Of a stretch of 55,183 nucleotides of DNA, positions 1 to 8,989 are shown piece after piece. The position numbers and the translations under genes were made by a program. The first letter of the stretch is position 1, and each line of letters opens with the position of its first letter. The stretch spans positions 1 through 55,183 of the forward strand of contig JBHHXN010000015.1 of assembly GCA_046757025.1 (NCBI GenBank). The letters run 5' to 3'. The stretch is from a bacterium. GTDB taxonomy: Bacteria; Zhuqueibacterota; Zhuqueibacteria; Oceanimicrobiales; Oceanimicrobiaceae. The notes under the pieces were generated by a model, which saw only the letters and a list, made by a program, of their open reading frames with translations, made no database searches and was not told the DNA's origin.

Positions 1-52
1 AATTGTTTTTTAAAGAGATGCGGCGATTTTATAAAACCAATTCATTTAAGAC

Positions 53-90
53 TATCCGCTGGCATTACACTTAGTGTACGTTAGCGAACA
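53..90. promoter_or_regulatory. Tandem putative sigma54 enhancer-binding-protein sites (UAS), paralogous to 5890-5927
   Basis: TATCCGCTGGCATTACACTTAGTGTACGTTAGCGAACA matches 5890-5927 at 31/38 positions; that copy lies just upstream of a sigma54 -24/-12 promoter. Confidence 0.6.
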
Positions 91-109
91 AAAATATAAA
101 CCAGGTTTC

Positions 110-138
110 TTGTAATTTATCATATTTTTTACTATATT
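110..138 (+). promoter_or_regulatory. sigma70-type promoter for the 176-983 gene pair
   Basis: TTGTAA-17 nt-TATATT. Confidence 0.45.
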
Positions 139-175
139 TATTTAATTTTGAAATCTCTTTGAATTGATAAAATCC

Positions 176-403
176 ATGAGTAAACTAACCAAAGAACAAG
201 CCATAGCCTTTCGAAGACGTTGGCAGGCTGTCAATGCCGCTGAACTTGAGGAACTTCGAAACACCAACCTGGCGGATAAACTTCAGCAAACAGCCGCACT
301 TATGGCTTCTGCTCAATCTATGGGGTGGAGCGAGACCATCGATTCGGACGAGGCTGAAGTCTGGCAGCGCTGGCAGCAATTGCGAGAGAAATATTATGGC
401 TGA
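176..403 (+). CDS. Small helical hypothetical protein, putative partner of the downstream nucleotidyltransferase
   Basis: ATG at 176; stop overlaps the next ATG (ATGGCTGA); Trp/Arg-rich helical 75 aa. Confidence 0.7.
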   Translation: MSKLTKEQAIAFRRRWQAVNAAELEELRNTNLADKLQQTAALMASAQSMGWSETIDSDEAEVWQRWQQLREKYYG

Positions 404-983
404 AGCGGAAAGCATCGCCCCACTATTAAATACTTTGCGCGACCTGATGAACTGGTTCCAAACCGAACAAGTAAAAGGCATGGTGATTGGCGGCGTCGCG
501 GCATCTTTACTTGGTCGTCCTCGCTTTACACGGGATGTGGACGCCCTGGTTCTGCTTGAAGAATCGCGATGGGCAGAGTTTCTCACACAGGGGGCGCAAT
601 ATAATTTTATTCCACGCATAAGCGACGCATTAAAGTTTGCTCAAACATCTCGGCATTTTTTACTCAGACACAAGCCTGGTGGAATTGATCTGGATATTGC
701 GTTTGCGGCATTGCCCTTTGAAGAAAACAGCATTGCGAATGCCATAACCTTTGATATTGGAAACCTCATGTTACGCCTCCCAAATCCAGAAGATTTAATT
801 ATTATGAAGGCGGTTGCTTCCCGTCCAAAAGATCTAATCGATATTGAATCTCTAATCGACGCCAACTCCACTCTGGAATATTCACGCATACGACTTGTGG
901 TGCAGGAATTTGCGGATGCGCTTGATATGCCTGACCTTATTGAAAATCTTGAAAAAATTCTGGTAAAAAAGTGTAAAAAATAA
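396..983 (+). CDS. Nucleotidyltransferase (DUF6036/AbiEii-like, pol-beta superfamily)
   Basis: IGGVAA...RPRFTRDVDA motif, EDLIIMK...RPKDLIDI C-terminal motif; ATG at 396 overlaps the upstream stop. Confidence 0.8.
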   Translation: MAEAESIAPLLNTLRDLMNWFQTEQVKGMVIGGVAASLLGRPRFTRDVDALVLLEESRWAEFLTQGAQYNFIPRISDALKFAQTSRHFLLRHKPGGIDLDIAFAALPFEENSIANAITFDIGNLMLRLPNPEDLIIMKAVASRPKDLIDIESLIDANSTLEYSRIRLVVQEFADALDMPDLIENLEKILVKKCKK

Positions 984-1072
984 TTGACGTGCCAAAAGGT
1001 AGATTACCAGAGTTTCTCTCTGAAACATTAGAAAACGAATGTCCACCATTCATTTAAAATCCACCATCATCT

Positions 1073-1156
1073 TCATTCATACTTCAATGCCTCCACCGGA
1101 TTGGCCAGCGCTGCCTTCACCGCCTGCATGCTCACCGTCAGCAACACCACTCCCAT
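1073..1156 (-). pseudogene. Relic C-terminus of a second MacB/FtsX-type ABC permease
   Basis: Reads MGVVLLTVSMQAVKAALANPVEALKYE*, a diverged copy of the intact permease end LLTVSTQAVKAALANPVESLRYE*. Confidence 0.7.
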
Positions 1157-1226
1157 TTCGGATTTCGGAAGGCGGATTTCGGATTTTGATCTTTCCGCAA
1201 TCCGAAATCCCCAATCCACAATCGAA
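1156..1226. repeat. Inverted arrays of degenerate heptamers (GGATTTC / TCCGCAA type) forming a hairpin
   Basis: TTTCGGATTTCGGAAGGCGGATTTCGGATTTT ... TCCGCAATCCGAAATCCCCAATCCACAATC; a similar degenerate copy lies at ~3651-3695. Confidence 0.65.
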
Positions 1227-3635
1227 TCATTCGTATCGCAAACTCTCCACCGGATTCGCCAGCGCTGCCTTCACCGCCTGCGTGCTCACCGTCAGCAGCG
1301 CGATCACCAGCGCCAGCCCGCCGGCCAGGGCAAACACCCACCACTCGATAGAAATCCGATACGCGAAGTTTTGCAACCATTTGTTCACAGCAATCCACGC
1401 TGCCGGCCAAGCGATCAAATTAGCCAGCAGCACCCATTTCATAAAATCCGTGGATAACAACAGCACCACACTGGAAGTGGACGCCCCCAGCACTTTGCGA
1501 ATGCCGACCTCTTTCGTACGGCGTTCGGCGGTAAAGGAAACCAGGCCAAACAGACCCAGGCAAGCAACGAAAATAGCCAGCAAGCTGGCGGAATAAATCA
1601 TCCTGCCAAATTGCTGATAACTACGATATGCCCGATCGATTTCTTCATCCAGAAAATAAGGGTTCACATTTGAGGCTTGCGTGAGCCGCCTGAAGGTATC
1701 TTGAATCGAGGTAATTGCGCCCTGAAGGTTTTGGCCATCGATTTTTATCATAATCGCTCGAAATCGCTGTGGATCAATTTTGAACAGCGCTGGCCGAACC
1801 AGTTGGTTGAGCTCACGGAAATTAAAATCACGCACAACCCCGATGACGCGGCCGTCGTACATGGGCTCAATCTTATCCTTAAACTTAAAATAAAGCTCCA
1901 TCTCTTTGCCGGTGCCGCTCCGCCAACTCAATGCTTTGAGCGCCGAATGATTCATTAAAACACCCTGTTTCAAATCCGTGGCGATTTGCTGATCAAAAAA
2001 TCTGCCTTCCATAACATCTATTTCCAGGGTTTTACAGTAATCAAAATCCACATAAATGATATCGAGCACCACATCTTCCAAATCTTCAGACCTGACCATG
2101 ATCCCGTTTTGTGAAGTGACGCCGGGTATCTGCGAAGCGGCGGTGACGCTGAGTATTTTAGGGTCTTTGAGCAATTCATTTTTGAGCAATTTATAATTTC
2201 TGTGAATCGAGGCGTCGTTCATCGGAACCACCACCACGTGCTCTTTGCTAAATCCCAGGTCTTTGTTTTTCACGAAATTCATCTGCTTCTGGATGATGAG
2301 TGCGCCAATGATTAAAGTGATTGAAATGGCGAATTGAAATACGACCAATATTTTTCGGAACAAACCGGAGCCTGCGCTTGCCTGTAATCCTTTCAGCACC
2401 TTTGATGGTTTAAATGACGACAAAACCAGGGCCGGATAACTGCCCGAAATGATACCGACGATAACAGCCGTACTGGTGATCATAATGAGATAGACAAAAT
2501 TGCCGGCATAATTGACGGATAATTGCACGCCCGCAAAGCCGTTAAAAATAGGCAGAAAAAATTCCACAAAAACCAACGCCAGAATGAGAGCCAATAATGC
2601 CACCAGTACCGACTCGGCAATAAACTGAATGATGAGTTGTCTGCGGTTAACTCCGATGACTTTTTTAAGTCCGACCTCTTTCGCTCGCAGGGTGGAACGA
2701 GCCGTGGCGAGATTCATAAAATTGATACAAGCTATTGCCAGAATAAACAAGGACAGCAAACTCAATACCGTGGTGATTAGCGGACTCCCGCGTCTTGTGA
2801 ATGGCAGACCATTTAATTCACCGGAGCCAAAGTAGATCTCCTTCAGCGGCAGCAATTTCAATTTCAGCCAATCATAAGCGCCGTGGTCAACATACTGCTC
2901 TGTGAATGAAATTAACTGGCTTTCAAATTCTGCCGCATCCACATTCTCTTGCAGTTGAAGGTAAGTCAGGGTGGCGCTGTCCCAGTGATCATGCAGCCAG
3001 AAATCGCTCATGATGGATTTTAAGCTGCTGTAAGAAGCGAGAAAATCGAACTGAATGTGCGAGTTTTCTGGAATGGGTTCCAGCACGCCAGTGACTTTAA
3101 ATTCAAAAGGCTGGTCATGAAAAGACACCTTCAATGACAAAATTTTATTTAAGGGGTCTGCAGTTCCAAAATATTTTTCAGCCATCGCGGGAGTTAAAAT
3201 CACCGAAAAAGGCTCTGTCAGGGCAGTCTGCGGATTACCTGCTTTTAATGGAAACGTGAAGACTTCGAAGAAAGAAGGATCTGTGAAAAAGAATCTCTCT
3301 GAAAACTGTTTTTCTGCTGCCCCCGCTACGCCGTAAACATAAGTAAATCGATCCGCATTTTTCACCGCTGGAAAGTTTTGTAGCAACAAGGGGGCTAAAG
3401 GCGCACCGATGTTTGCTCTTTTTATGACCTGATTTTCCGTACCACAATCACGGCTAACCAGATAAATCCCATCACTGTTTTCATGAAATTTATCAAAACT
3501 AAATTGAAATTGAATGTACAAAAGGATGATTAGAAAACAGGTCAGACCCAGCGCCAGGCCGGTGATGTTAATGATAGAATAAACTTTGTATTTTAACAAA
3601 TTTCGCAGTGACAGCTTTAAATTGCTTTTGAACAT
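1227..3635 (-). CDS. ABC transporter permease, duplicated MacB-PCD/FtsX type
   Basis: MFKSNLKLSLRNL start with GAGGAGG RBS; IACINFMNL..R.KEVG and RRTKEVGIRKVLGAS motifs; ANPVESLRYE end. Confidence 0.95.
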   Translation of the reverse strand: MFKSNLKLSLRNLLKYKVYSIINITGLALGLTCFLIILLYIQFQFSFDKFHENSDGIYLVSRDCGTENQVIKRANIGAPLAPLLLQNFPAVKNADRFTYVYGVAGAAEKQFSERFFFTDPSFFEVFTFPLKAGNPQTALTEPFSVILTPAMAEKYFGTADPLNKILSLKVSFHDQPFEFKVTGVLEPIPENSHIQFDFLASYSSLKSIMSDFWLHDHWDSATLTYLQLQENVDAAEFESQLISFTEQYVDHGAYDWLKLKLLPLKEIYFGSGELNGLPFTRRGSPLITTVLSLLSLFILAIACINFMNLATARSTLRAKEVGLKKVIGVNRRQLIIQFIAESVLVALLALILALVFVEFFLPIFNGFAGVQLSVNYAGNFVYLIMITSTAVIVGIISGSYPALVLSSFKPSKVLKGLQASAGSGLFRKILVVFQFAISITLIIGALIIQKQMNFVKNKDLGFSKEHVVVVPMNDASIHRNYKLLKNELLKDPKILSVTAASQIPGVTSQNGIMVRSEDLEDVVLDIIYVDFDYCKTLEIDVMEGRFFDQQIATDLKQGVLMNHSALKALSWRSGTGKEMELYFKFKDKIEPMYDGRVIGVVRDFNFRELNQLVRPALFKIDPQRFRAIMIKIDGQNLQGAITSIQDTFRRLTQASNVNPYFLDEEIDRAYRSYQQFGRMIYSASLLAIFVACLGLFGLVSFTAERRTKEVGIRKVLGASTSSVVLLLSTDFMKWVLLANLIAWPAAWIAVNKWLQNFAYRISIEWWVFALAGGLALVIALLTVSTQAVKAALANPVESLRYE

Positions 3636-3691
3636 ACGATCCTCCTCTTTCAGATTGTGGAGCGCGGATGGCAAAATTCCGATAGCCGCAA

Positions 3692-4381
3692 TCAAACATG
3701 AAAAGCCTCTTTGATATTTTCCGTGACCACATGACCATCAAATAGATGAATGATGCGCTGGCTGTACTCAGCATAGGACGGGGAGTGCGTCACCATAACG
3801 ATGGTGGTGCCGGCTTCGTTGAGCTCGGTCAGCAGGTTCATGACTTCGTCGCCGTGCGCTGAGTCCAGATTACCCGTGGGTTCATCTGCTAAAATCAGCT
3901 TCGGGCGGGCAATCACCGCTCGCGCTACGGCCACACGCTGCTGCTGACCTCCCGAAAGCTGCTGCGGAAAATGATTCTTGCGGTGCATGATCTGCATGTT
4001 TTCAAGCACCTCTTCCACGCGCGTTTTGCGATCAGCCGACGAATATCCGAGATAGAGTAAGGGCAGCTCAACATTTTCATAAACCGTCAGCTCATCGATC
4101 AAGTTGAAACTTTGAAAAACAAAACCAATGTTGGACTTGCGCAAATTCGCTCGTTGTCGTTCTGAATATTTCGACACTTCCTGCCCCAGGAAATAGTATT
4201 CGCCGTCGGTGGGATTGTCCAGCATTCCCAACACGTTCAACAATGTCGATTTACCACAGCCCGAAGGCCCCATAATGCTGACGAATTCACCTTCGTTGAT
4301 CTCGATATTGACGCTGTTCAAAGCCGTGGTTTCAACCTCTTCCGTGGTGTAAAGTTTTTTGAGGTTTTTGGTCTGGATCAT
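3692..4381 (-). CDS. ABC transporter ATP-binding protein (LolD/MacB family)
   Basis: Walker [17 protein letters not shown] signature, [11 protein letters not shown]. Confidence 0.97.
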   Translation of the reverse strand: MIQTKNLKKLYTTEEVETTALNSVNIEINEGEFVSIMGPSGCGKSTLLNVLGMLDNPTDGEYYFLGQEVSKYSERQRANLRKSNIGFVFQSFNLIDELTVYENVELPLLYLGYSSADRKTRVEEVLENMQIMHRKNHFPQQLSGGQQQRVAVARAVIARPKLILADEPTGNLDSAHGDEVMNLLTELNEAGTTIVMVTHSPSYAEYSQRIIHLFDGHVVTENIKEAFHV

Positions 4382-4515
4382 TGTGGCCTCCTTGTTGGAA
4401 TCATAAATTTAATTTATAATCAATTTCTTGTTCTGTAATTTCATTTATGAGTGCGCTCTGGGTTGTTTGTCATTTTTGCCAACATACGTCATCGGGGTCG
4501 CCTGTTTAAATCGGC

Positions 4516-5775
4516 TCATTTCAAAATCAACTTGTCGATATCTCCGAAACTGTCATACGTGGAAGTGATGACTTTCTCGCCCGGCTGCAAGCCCTGCAGC
4601 ACTTCAAAAACCTGCGGATTTTGCCGGCCCAGTCGGATGCCGCGTTTAGTGGCCTCGGTACCCTCTTCGTTTAAAACGTAAATCCACTGACCGCCGGTTT
4701 TTTGATAAAATCCGCCGCGCGGCACCAGCACCGCTTCAGTGAGATCCCCTAGCTCCAGCCGAATGTGCAGGGTTTGGCCGCGGCGAATGCCGGACGGAGA
4801 TTCCCCCACAAACTTTAAATCCACTTCAAAACGGCCGTCGCGAACCTCGGGGTAAATTTTATCCGCAATCAATTGGTAGGTCTGGCCAGCAAAATCAAAT
4901 TCACCCCTCAAACCACGGTGAATGCGGGCCAGATAGTGCTCGTCGATGCCGGCGCGCACTTTAAAACCGTCTAACACGTCGATCTGCCCCAGGCGCTCAC
5001 CCGCGGATTTGATTTCGCCTTCAAATTCGGCGTTCAGTGAAGTAAGCTGCCCGCTGATGGGGGCGCGGATGGTCAAATCGTCCAAGCGCTGGCGAGCGAT
5101 TTTAAGATTGGCTTCCAGACGAGACAGGGAGGCTTCCAATTGTTTCATTTGTACTTCTTGAAAAAGAGAGTCCCGTTTAAATGACTCAATATTTAATTCT
5201 TGACGTTTTAGTTGATACTCGTATTCATCGCGAGTGGCATCGAATTCTTCCTGCGAAATCAGATTTTTCTGCCACAATTCTTGGCGTCGGTCATACAATC
5301 TTTTCAGCCGCTGAATTTGATACTCCTGGTCGATCAACTGCTGGCGCAGCCGCAGACGATTTTGCTCCAAACTAAACCGGGTACTGGTGAGCAAATTGCG
5401 CTGCTCCAGCACCGCCGCGTCCTGAGAAAGTATTTGAATGTGCAGCGCGCGATTTTCTAATTGCAAGATCTTATCCCCGGCTTTGACTAAACTGCCGGCT
5501 TGAATAAAAATCGTATCCACCCGGCCGCCTTCGATGGCATCGAGAAAGATCGTTTTAATAGGCAAAACGTTGCCGGTGACCGGAATAAACTCCTGAAACG
5601 GTCCTTTTTTGACTGCCGAAATGGTGATCTTTTCCTGGTCCACATTCAATTTGGTGCTGCTATCACCAAAAAGAAAATGGTATATGACAATGATAAAAAA
5701 CAAGCCAGTTACGGAATATCCGGCAATTTTCTTTGGCGGCCATTTCTTTTTTTCAAGCTTCCGATCCATGCCCAT
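4516..5775 (-). CDS. Efflux RND/MacA-type periplasmic adaptor (membrane fusion protein)
   Basis: N-terminal TM, lipoyl half-motifs (GGRVDTI, IRAPISGQL), coiled coil, GLQPGEKVI; ATG 5775 has a GAGG RBS. Confidence 0.92.
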   Translation of the reverse strand: MGMDRKLEKKKWPPKKIAGYSVTGLFFIIVIYHFLFGDSSTKLNVDQEKITISAVKKGPFQEFIPVTGNVLPIKTIFLDAIEGGRVDTIFIQAGSLVKAGDKILQLENRALHIQILSQDAAVLEQRNLLTSTRFSLEQNRLRLRQQLIDQEYQIQRLKRLYDRRQELWQKNLISQEEFDATRDEYEYQLKRQELNIESFKRDSLFQEVQMKQLEASLSRLEANLKIARQRLDDLTIRAPISGQLTSLNAEFEGEIKSAGERLGQIDVLDGFKVRAGIDEHYLARIHRGLRGEFDFAGQTYQLIADKIYPEVRDGRFEVDLKFVGESPSGIRRGQTLHIRLELGDLTEAVLVPRGGFYQKTGGQWIYVLNEEGTEATKRGIRLGRQNPQVFEVLQGLQPGEKVITSTYDSFGDIDKLILK

Positions 5776-5820
5776 AAATTGCCTCATTATTTTTTCCTAT
5801 TGAAAATCCCGAAGATAATT

Positions 5821-5837
5821 CGCAATAGCTGTGCCAG
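5821..5837 (-). promoter_or_regulatory. sigma54 (-24/-12) promoter of the efflux/ABC operon
   Basis: Minus strand CTGGCAC-AGCTA-TTGCG, canonical spacing, ~45 nt before the start codon. Confidence 0.85.
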
Positions 5838-5889
5838 TATCGATTTTATGACAATTAGCTTAACGACTTTAAAAACGACGATTTAAAAG

Positions 5890-5927
5890 TATCCGCTGGC
5901 ATGACACCAGGTGTCCGCTGGCGAACA
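5890..5927. promoter_or_regulatory. Tandem putative bEBP binding sites (TGTCCG-N4-CGAACA-like)
   Basis: Two related half-palindromic sites starting ~54 nt upstream of the -24 element; duplicated at 53-90. Confidence 0.65.
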
Positions 5928-6176
5928 GGAAAAGTTGGATTTAAAAAGGGCAGATGTTAGAGATATCACTGCAGAGAATTCCGGATGGATTAAAGATGAG
6001 TCGAAAAAGGCTTAATTTTAAATGTAAAGGACAAGTTTTGCAGGCGTGACAGTATGGATAGAATTTTGAATAATGCAGGAAAATCTATCTTTTCAACTCA
6101 ACCGTTTCAAATTCATGTTCGGTATGCCTTCCGAAAAGGTAGGCAGAAATATTATGCTATTTCATTTTGATTTTAG

Positions 6177-6205
6177 TTGCTTTTTTACAAAAAATTCATT
6201 AGTAT
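6177..6205 (+). promoter_or_regulatory. Possible sigma70 promoter giving a ~255-nt leader before 6469
   Basis: TTGCTT-17 nt-TAGTAT. Confidence 0.35.
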
Positions 6206-6468
6206 TTACATGCATCTTTGGTTCACCGCATTAAAAGCACTGATAAAATCTTCCCGAACAATTTTGTTGTGTACCGCTCTTGCTGAAGGTGTATTTCGGT
6301 TAATTATTCATTCTGTGAAGTAGCAGGTAGAATACCAAAAAGGGAAGTTTTTATTTAAGTGAGCAATCACCACACTCAAATGTCTGTTGTTGCAGATTGC
6401 ATTTCTGTGTTTAGTGTGAAAGAGTATCAAGCAGTATTGGAGTATCTCAATTTTAAAGGGAGGTAAAA

Positions 6469-6702
6469 TTGAACGATCCATTAGAGGTGCAGATTACAAA
6501 CGTTGGCGTAAAAGAAGTTCATCGGCTCGATACGATGATCGACGCCATGAAGGAAATCAACTATCAAGACAAAGTGAAACATTCTATTGAAGAACGAGAT
6601 TATGTGGTCACGGTGAATCCTGCCACCATCGATGAGCTCAAAAAAGTGTTAAACGTAGTGCTTCGCTATGTCGATGCCGAAAAAATCGAAATAGAAACTT
6701 GA
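6469..6702 (+). CDS. Small acidic hypothetical protein (77 aa)
   Basis: Strong RBS AAGGGAGGT before TTG; alternating beta/alpha pattern; family not recognised. Confidence 0.75.
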   Translation: MNDPLEVQITNVGVKEVHRLDTMIDAMKEINYQDKVKHSIEERDYVVTVNPATIDELKKVLNVVLRYVDAEKIEIET

Positions 6703-7035
6703 TGATTACGTTTATTAGTCCGAGGTCGAATTAAACCAGAATTCTCTGCACAAAGTAAAGGAAGGCGGATCTTCCGGGTTCGCATGGCGGGTCAAAAGCC
6801 TTTCACAGGCATGACCGCTGGTGGAGAATAACGCCTGAATCTACTAAAATTGTTATCCTCAATGGCTGTATTTCCCTTCTGAGTTTTCGTCCCTTCTTTT
6901 TTCCAATCAGATAGAATACATCCAAATTGACGTCAAGCTTTTGCTGGTTCACGCCGCAGGCCTATTCCGCATTCTGTGCCATGTTGACGGTAATATCTTG
7001 TAGCAAATACTCAAGTTGAACAAAAAGCAATCGAT

Positions 7036-7191
7036 TATTTAGTGTCTATACGTAAAGAGTTTTTTTTGTCATTCCTGCATCTTTAAGCGGGAATCCATTG
7101 GTCAGTTGGGCACGAGATTCCCGATGAACTTGCCCTGCATGTTGTAAGCAGGGAGCACTCGGGAATGAAGATTAAGGATGGACACTAAATA
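7036..7191. mobile_element. MITE-like element with nested REP-type palindromes
   Basis: 11-bp perfect terminal IR TATTTAGTGTC/GACACTAAATA; internal GTCATTCCTGC..GCGGGAATCCA and GATTCCCGA..TCGGGAATGA, plus a nested CCCTGC..GCAGGG hairpin. Confidence 0.6.
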
Positions 7192-7329
7192 TCTTAGGTG
7201 CAAAACAGTTATGCGCAAAAGACACAAACAGCCAATCGGACGTGCCGAAAAGCTAAATCGCAAAATTCAGATATGGTAGATCAAAACTCAGAATGGAGTG
7301 GAAACACAAAACAGAACCGTGACTAAATT

Positions 7330-8607
7330 ATGAAATTCGAAAAAAAACTTGCATCAAAATCGATCTTATTTACGATATTGCCGCCGCTTTTCTTCTGTCT
7401 TTTATACGCTTGGTTTTGCCAACCGGTTTTTTCACAAGTCGACACCCTGCGTGTGGCCACGTACAATCTTTTGAAATTTCCTGGTTCAACCGGGGTACAA
7501 CGGGTTCCCGCCTTTCGTACGGTCATTCATTTTATGAAACCCGACATTCTGATCGTGCAAGAGCTGCTATCGGAGTCCGGCTACCAGATGTTTCTACGCG
7601 AAGTGATGAATTTTCAGGAAGACGTGTATGAGGCCGCTCCGTTTCGCGACGGACCCGATACCGATAACGGTCTCTTTTATAATCACACTAAACTGCAGCT
7701 AATCAATTCACAACAGATTCGAACCGATTTGAGAGACATCTCAGAATATTCTCTCAAAGCGGGAGAAGTGGAATTTAAATTTTATTCCCTGCACCTCAAA
7801 GCGGGGAGCCGTTCGAGCGACCAAAATCGCAGGTTGAGTGAAACCACCACTTTGCGCAACCACTTGAACACCCTCGCAGAGGGCACGGATTTCATCGTGG
7901 GTGGAGATTTTAATATGCGTTCTTCATCTGAAACGGCTTACATCCGCTTAACAGAAGACCAGAATGACAACGACGGCAAACTGTTTGACCCGCTGAATTT
8001 GTCGGGGAATTGGCACGACAACCGACTTTTTTCACGCATTCACACGCAATCTACTCGTTCCAATTCTTTTGGCGGCGGCGCCTCCGGCGGCCTGGATGAC
8101 CGCTTTGATCTGCTGCTGATTTCCAGCAGCCTGATGAGGCACGGCGGCATGGACTTCCTGTTTGACAGCTACACTGCCCTCGGAAACGATGGCAGCCGAT
8201 TGAATGACAGTATCAACGCCGGCATGAATGGATCGGTGCCGGACAGTGTGGCGGATGCGTTGCTGGCGACTTCGGATCATCTGCCGGTGTTTGCGGATTT
8301 TGTCTTCAACTCCGTCACTTCGGTAACCACCCGGGGGGTGGCCAGAACGTTTTCGCTCGCTCAGAATTATCCAAATCCTTTTAATCCCACTACTACCATT
8401 TTTTTCACATTGGAAAGGCCCGCCCGTGTTTCATTGAAAGTGTTTAATTTATTGGGGCAAGTGGTCACCGTTTTGGTAGATGAACAGAAACCGAAGGGGG
8501 AATACCGTTTGCAATTCAACGGCGACGGTTTGGCCGGAGGCATTTATGTGGTGCAATTGCAGGCCGGGAACTTGTCGGAAGTTCGAAAAATGGTGTTAAT
8601 CCAGTAA
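7330..8607 (+). CDS. Secreted endonuclease/exonuclease/phosphatase (DNase I-like) protein with T9SS type-A CTD
   Basis: ATYNL, VQE, SLHLKA, GGDFN, SDHLPV motifs; C-terminal QNYPNPFNP...KMVLIQ. Confidence 0.9.
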   Translation: MKFEKKLASKSILFTILPPLFFCLLYAWFCQPVFSQVDTLRVATYNLLKFPGSTGVQRVPAFRTVIHFMKPDILIVQELLSESGYQMFLREVMNFQEDVYEAAPFRDGPDTDNGLFYNHTKLQLINSQQIRTDLRDISEYSLKAGEVEFKFYSLHLKAGSRSSDQNRRLSETTTLRNHLNTLAEGTDFIVGGDFNMRSSSETAYIRLTEDQNDNDGKLFDPLNLSGNWHDNRLFSRIHTQSTRSNSFGGGASGGLDDRFDLLLISSSLMRHGGMDFLFDSYTALGNDGSRLNDSINAGMNGSVPDSVADALLATSDHLPVFADFVFNSVTSVTTRGVARTFSLAQNYPNPFNPTTTIFFTLERPARVSLKVFNLLGQVVTVLVDEQKPKGEYRLQFNGDGLAGGIYVVQLQAGNLSEVRKMVLIQ

Positions 8608-8661
8608 GCTGCACGAAACAGGGCAGGACAAACCTGGTATGGCTACTTTACCTCTTATTAG

Positions 8662-8735
8662 TGGGCGATACTGGAGTCGAACCAGTGACCTCTGGTATGT
8701 GAGACCAGCGCTCTAACCAGCTGAGCTAATCGCCC
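8662..8735 (-). tRNA. tRNA-Val(CAC), CCA not encoded
   Basis: GGGCGAT/ATCGCCC acceptor stem, anticodon arm CTGGT-CTCACAT-ACCAG, GGTTCGACTCC T arm. Confidence 0.97.
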
Positions 8736-8753
8736 TAATTTAGCTGTGAAAAC

Positions 8754-8782
8754 AATGTAATCAATATTTTTTTAACGGTCAA
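8754..8782 (-). promoter_or_regulatory. sigma70 promoter of tRNA-Val(CAC)
   Basis: TTGACC-17 nt-TACATT on the minus strand. Confidence 0.7.
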
Positions 8783-8989
8783 GAAAATTTTATTTCGTGG
8801 CTTAAAACCTCACTAACGTGGGCTAATCCATCCGTTTCATTTCCAAATTATATTTGGGAACGAATTGTTCCCCCCTGTAACGGAGATTTTATTTCGTGGC
8901 AACCCGTTTTTTTGTATCAGACGGATAACGTTAATTTTATGATTATTACCTGGAAATGTAAAGTAGGATTGCTACTCGAGGTCGACAGG

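Noticed and set aside
234..395. N-terminal extension of the nucleotidyltransferase ORF
   Set aside because: It overlaps the 176-403 gene; ATG 396 gives a typical coupled start
1073..1300. DGR template/variable repeat pair
   Set aside because: Differences are not adenine-specific and no reverse transcriptase is present; a paralogue relic explains it
1039..1596. Plus-strand ORFs 1039-1596 and 1101-1457, and similar antisense ORFs throughout the window
   Set aside because: Shadow frames of well-supported genes or repeats, with no motifs or RBS
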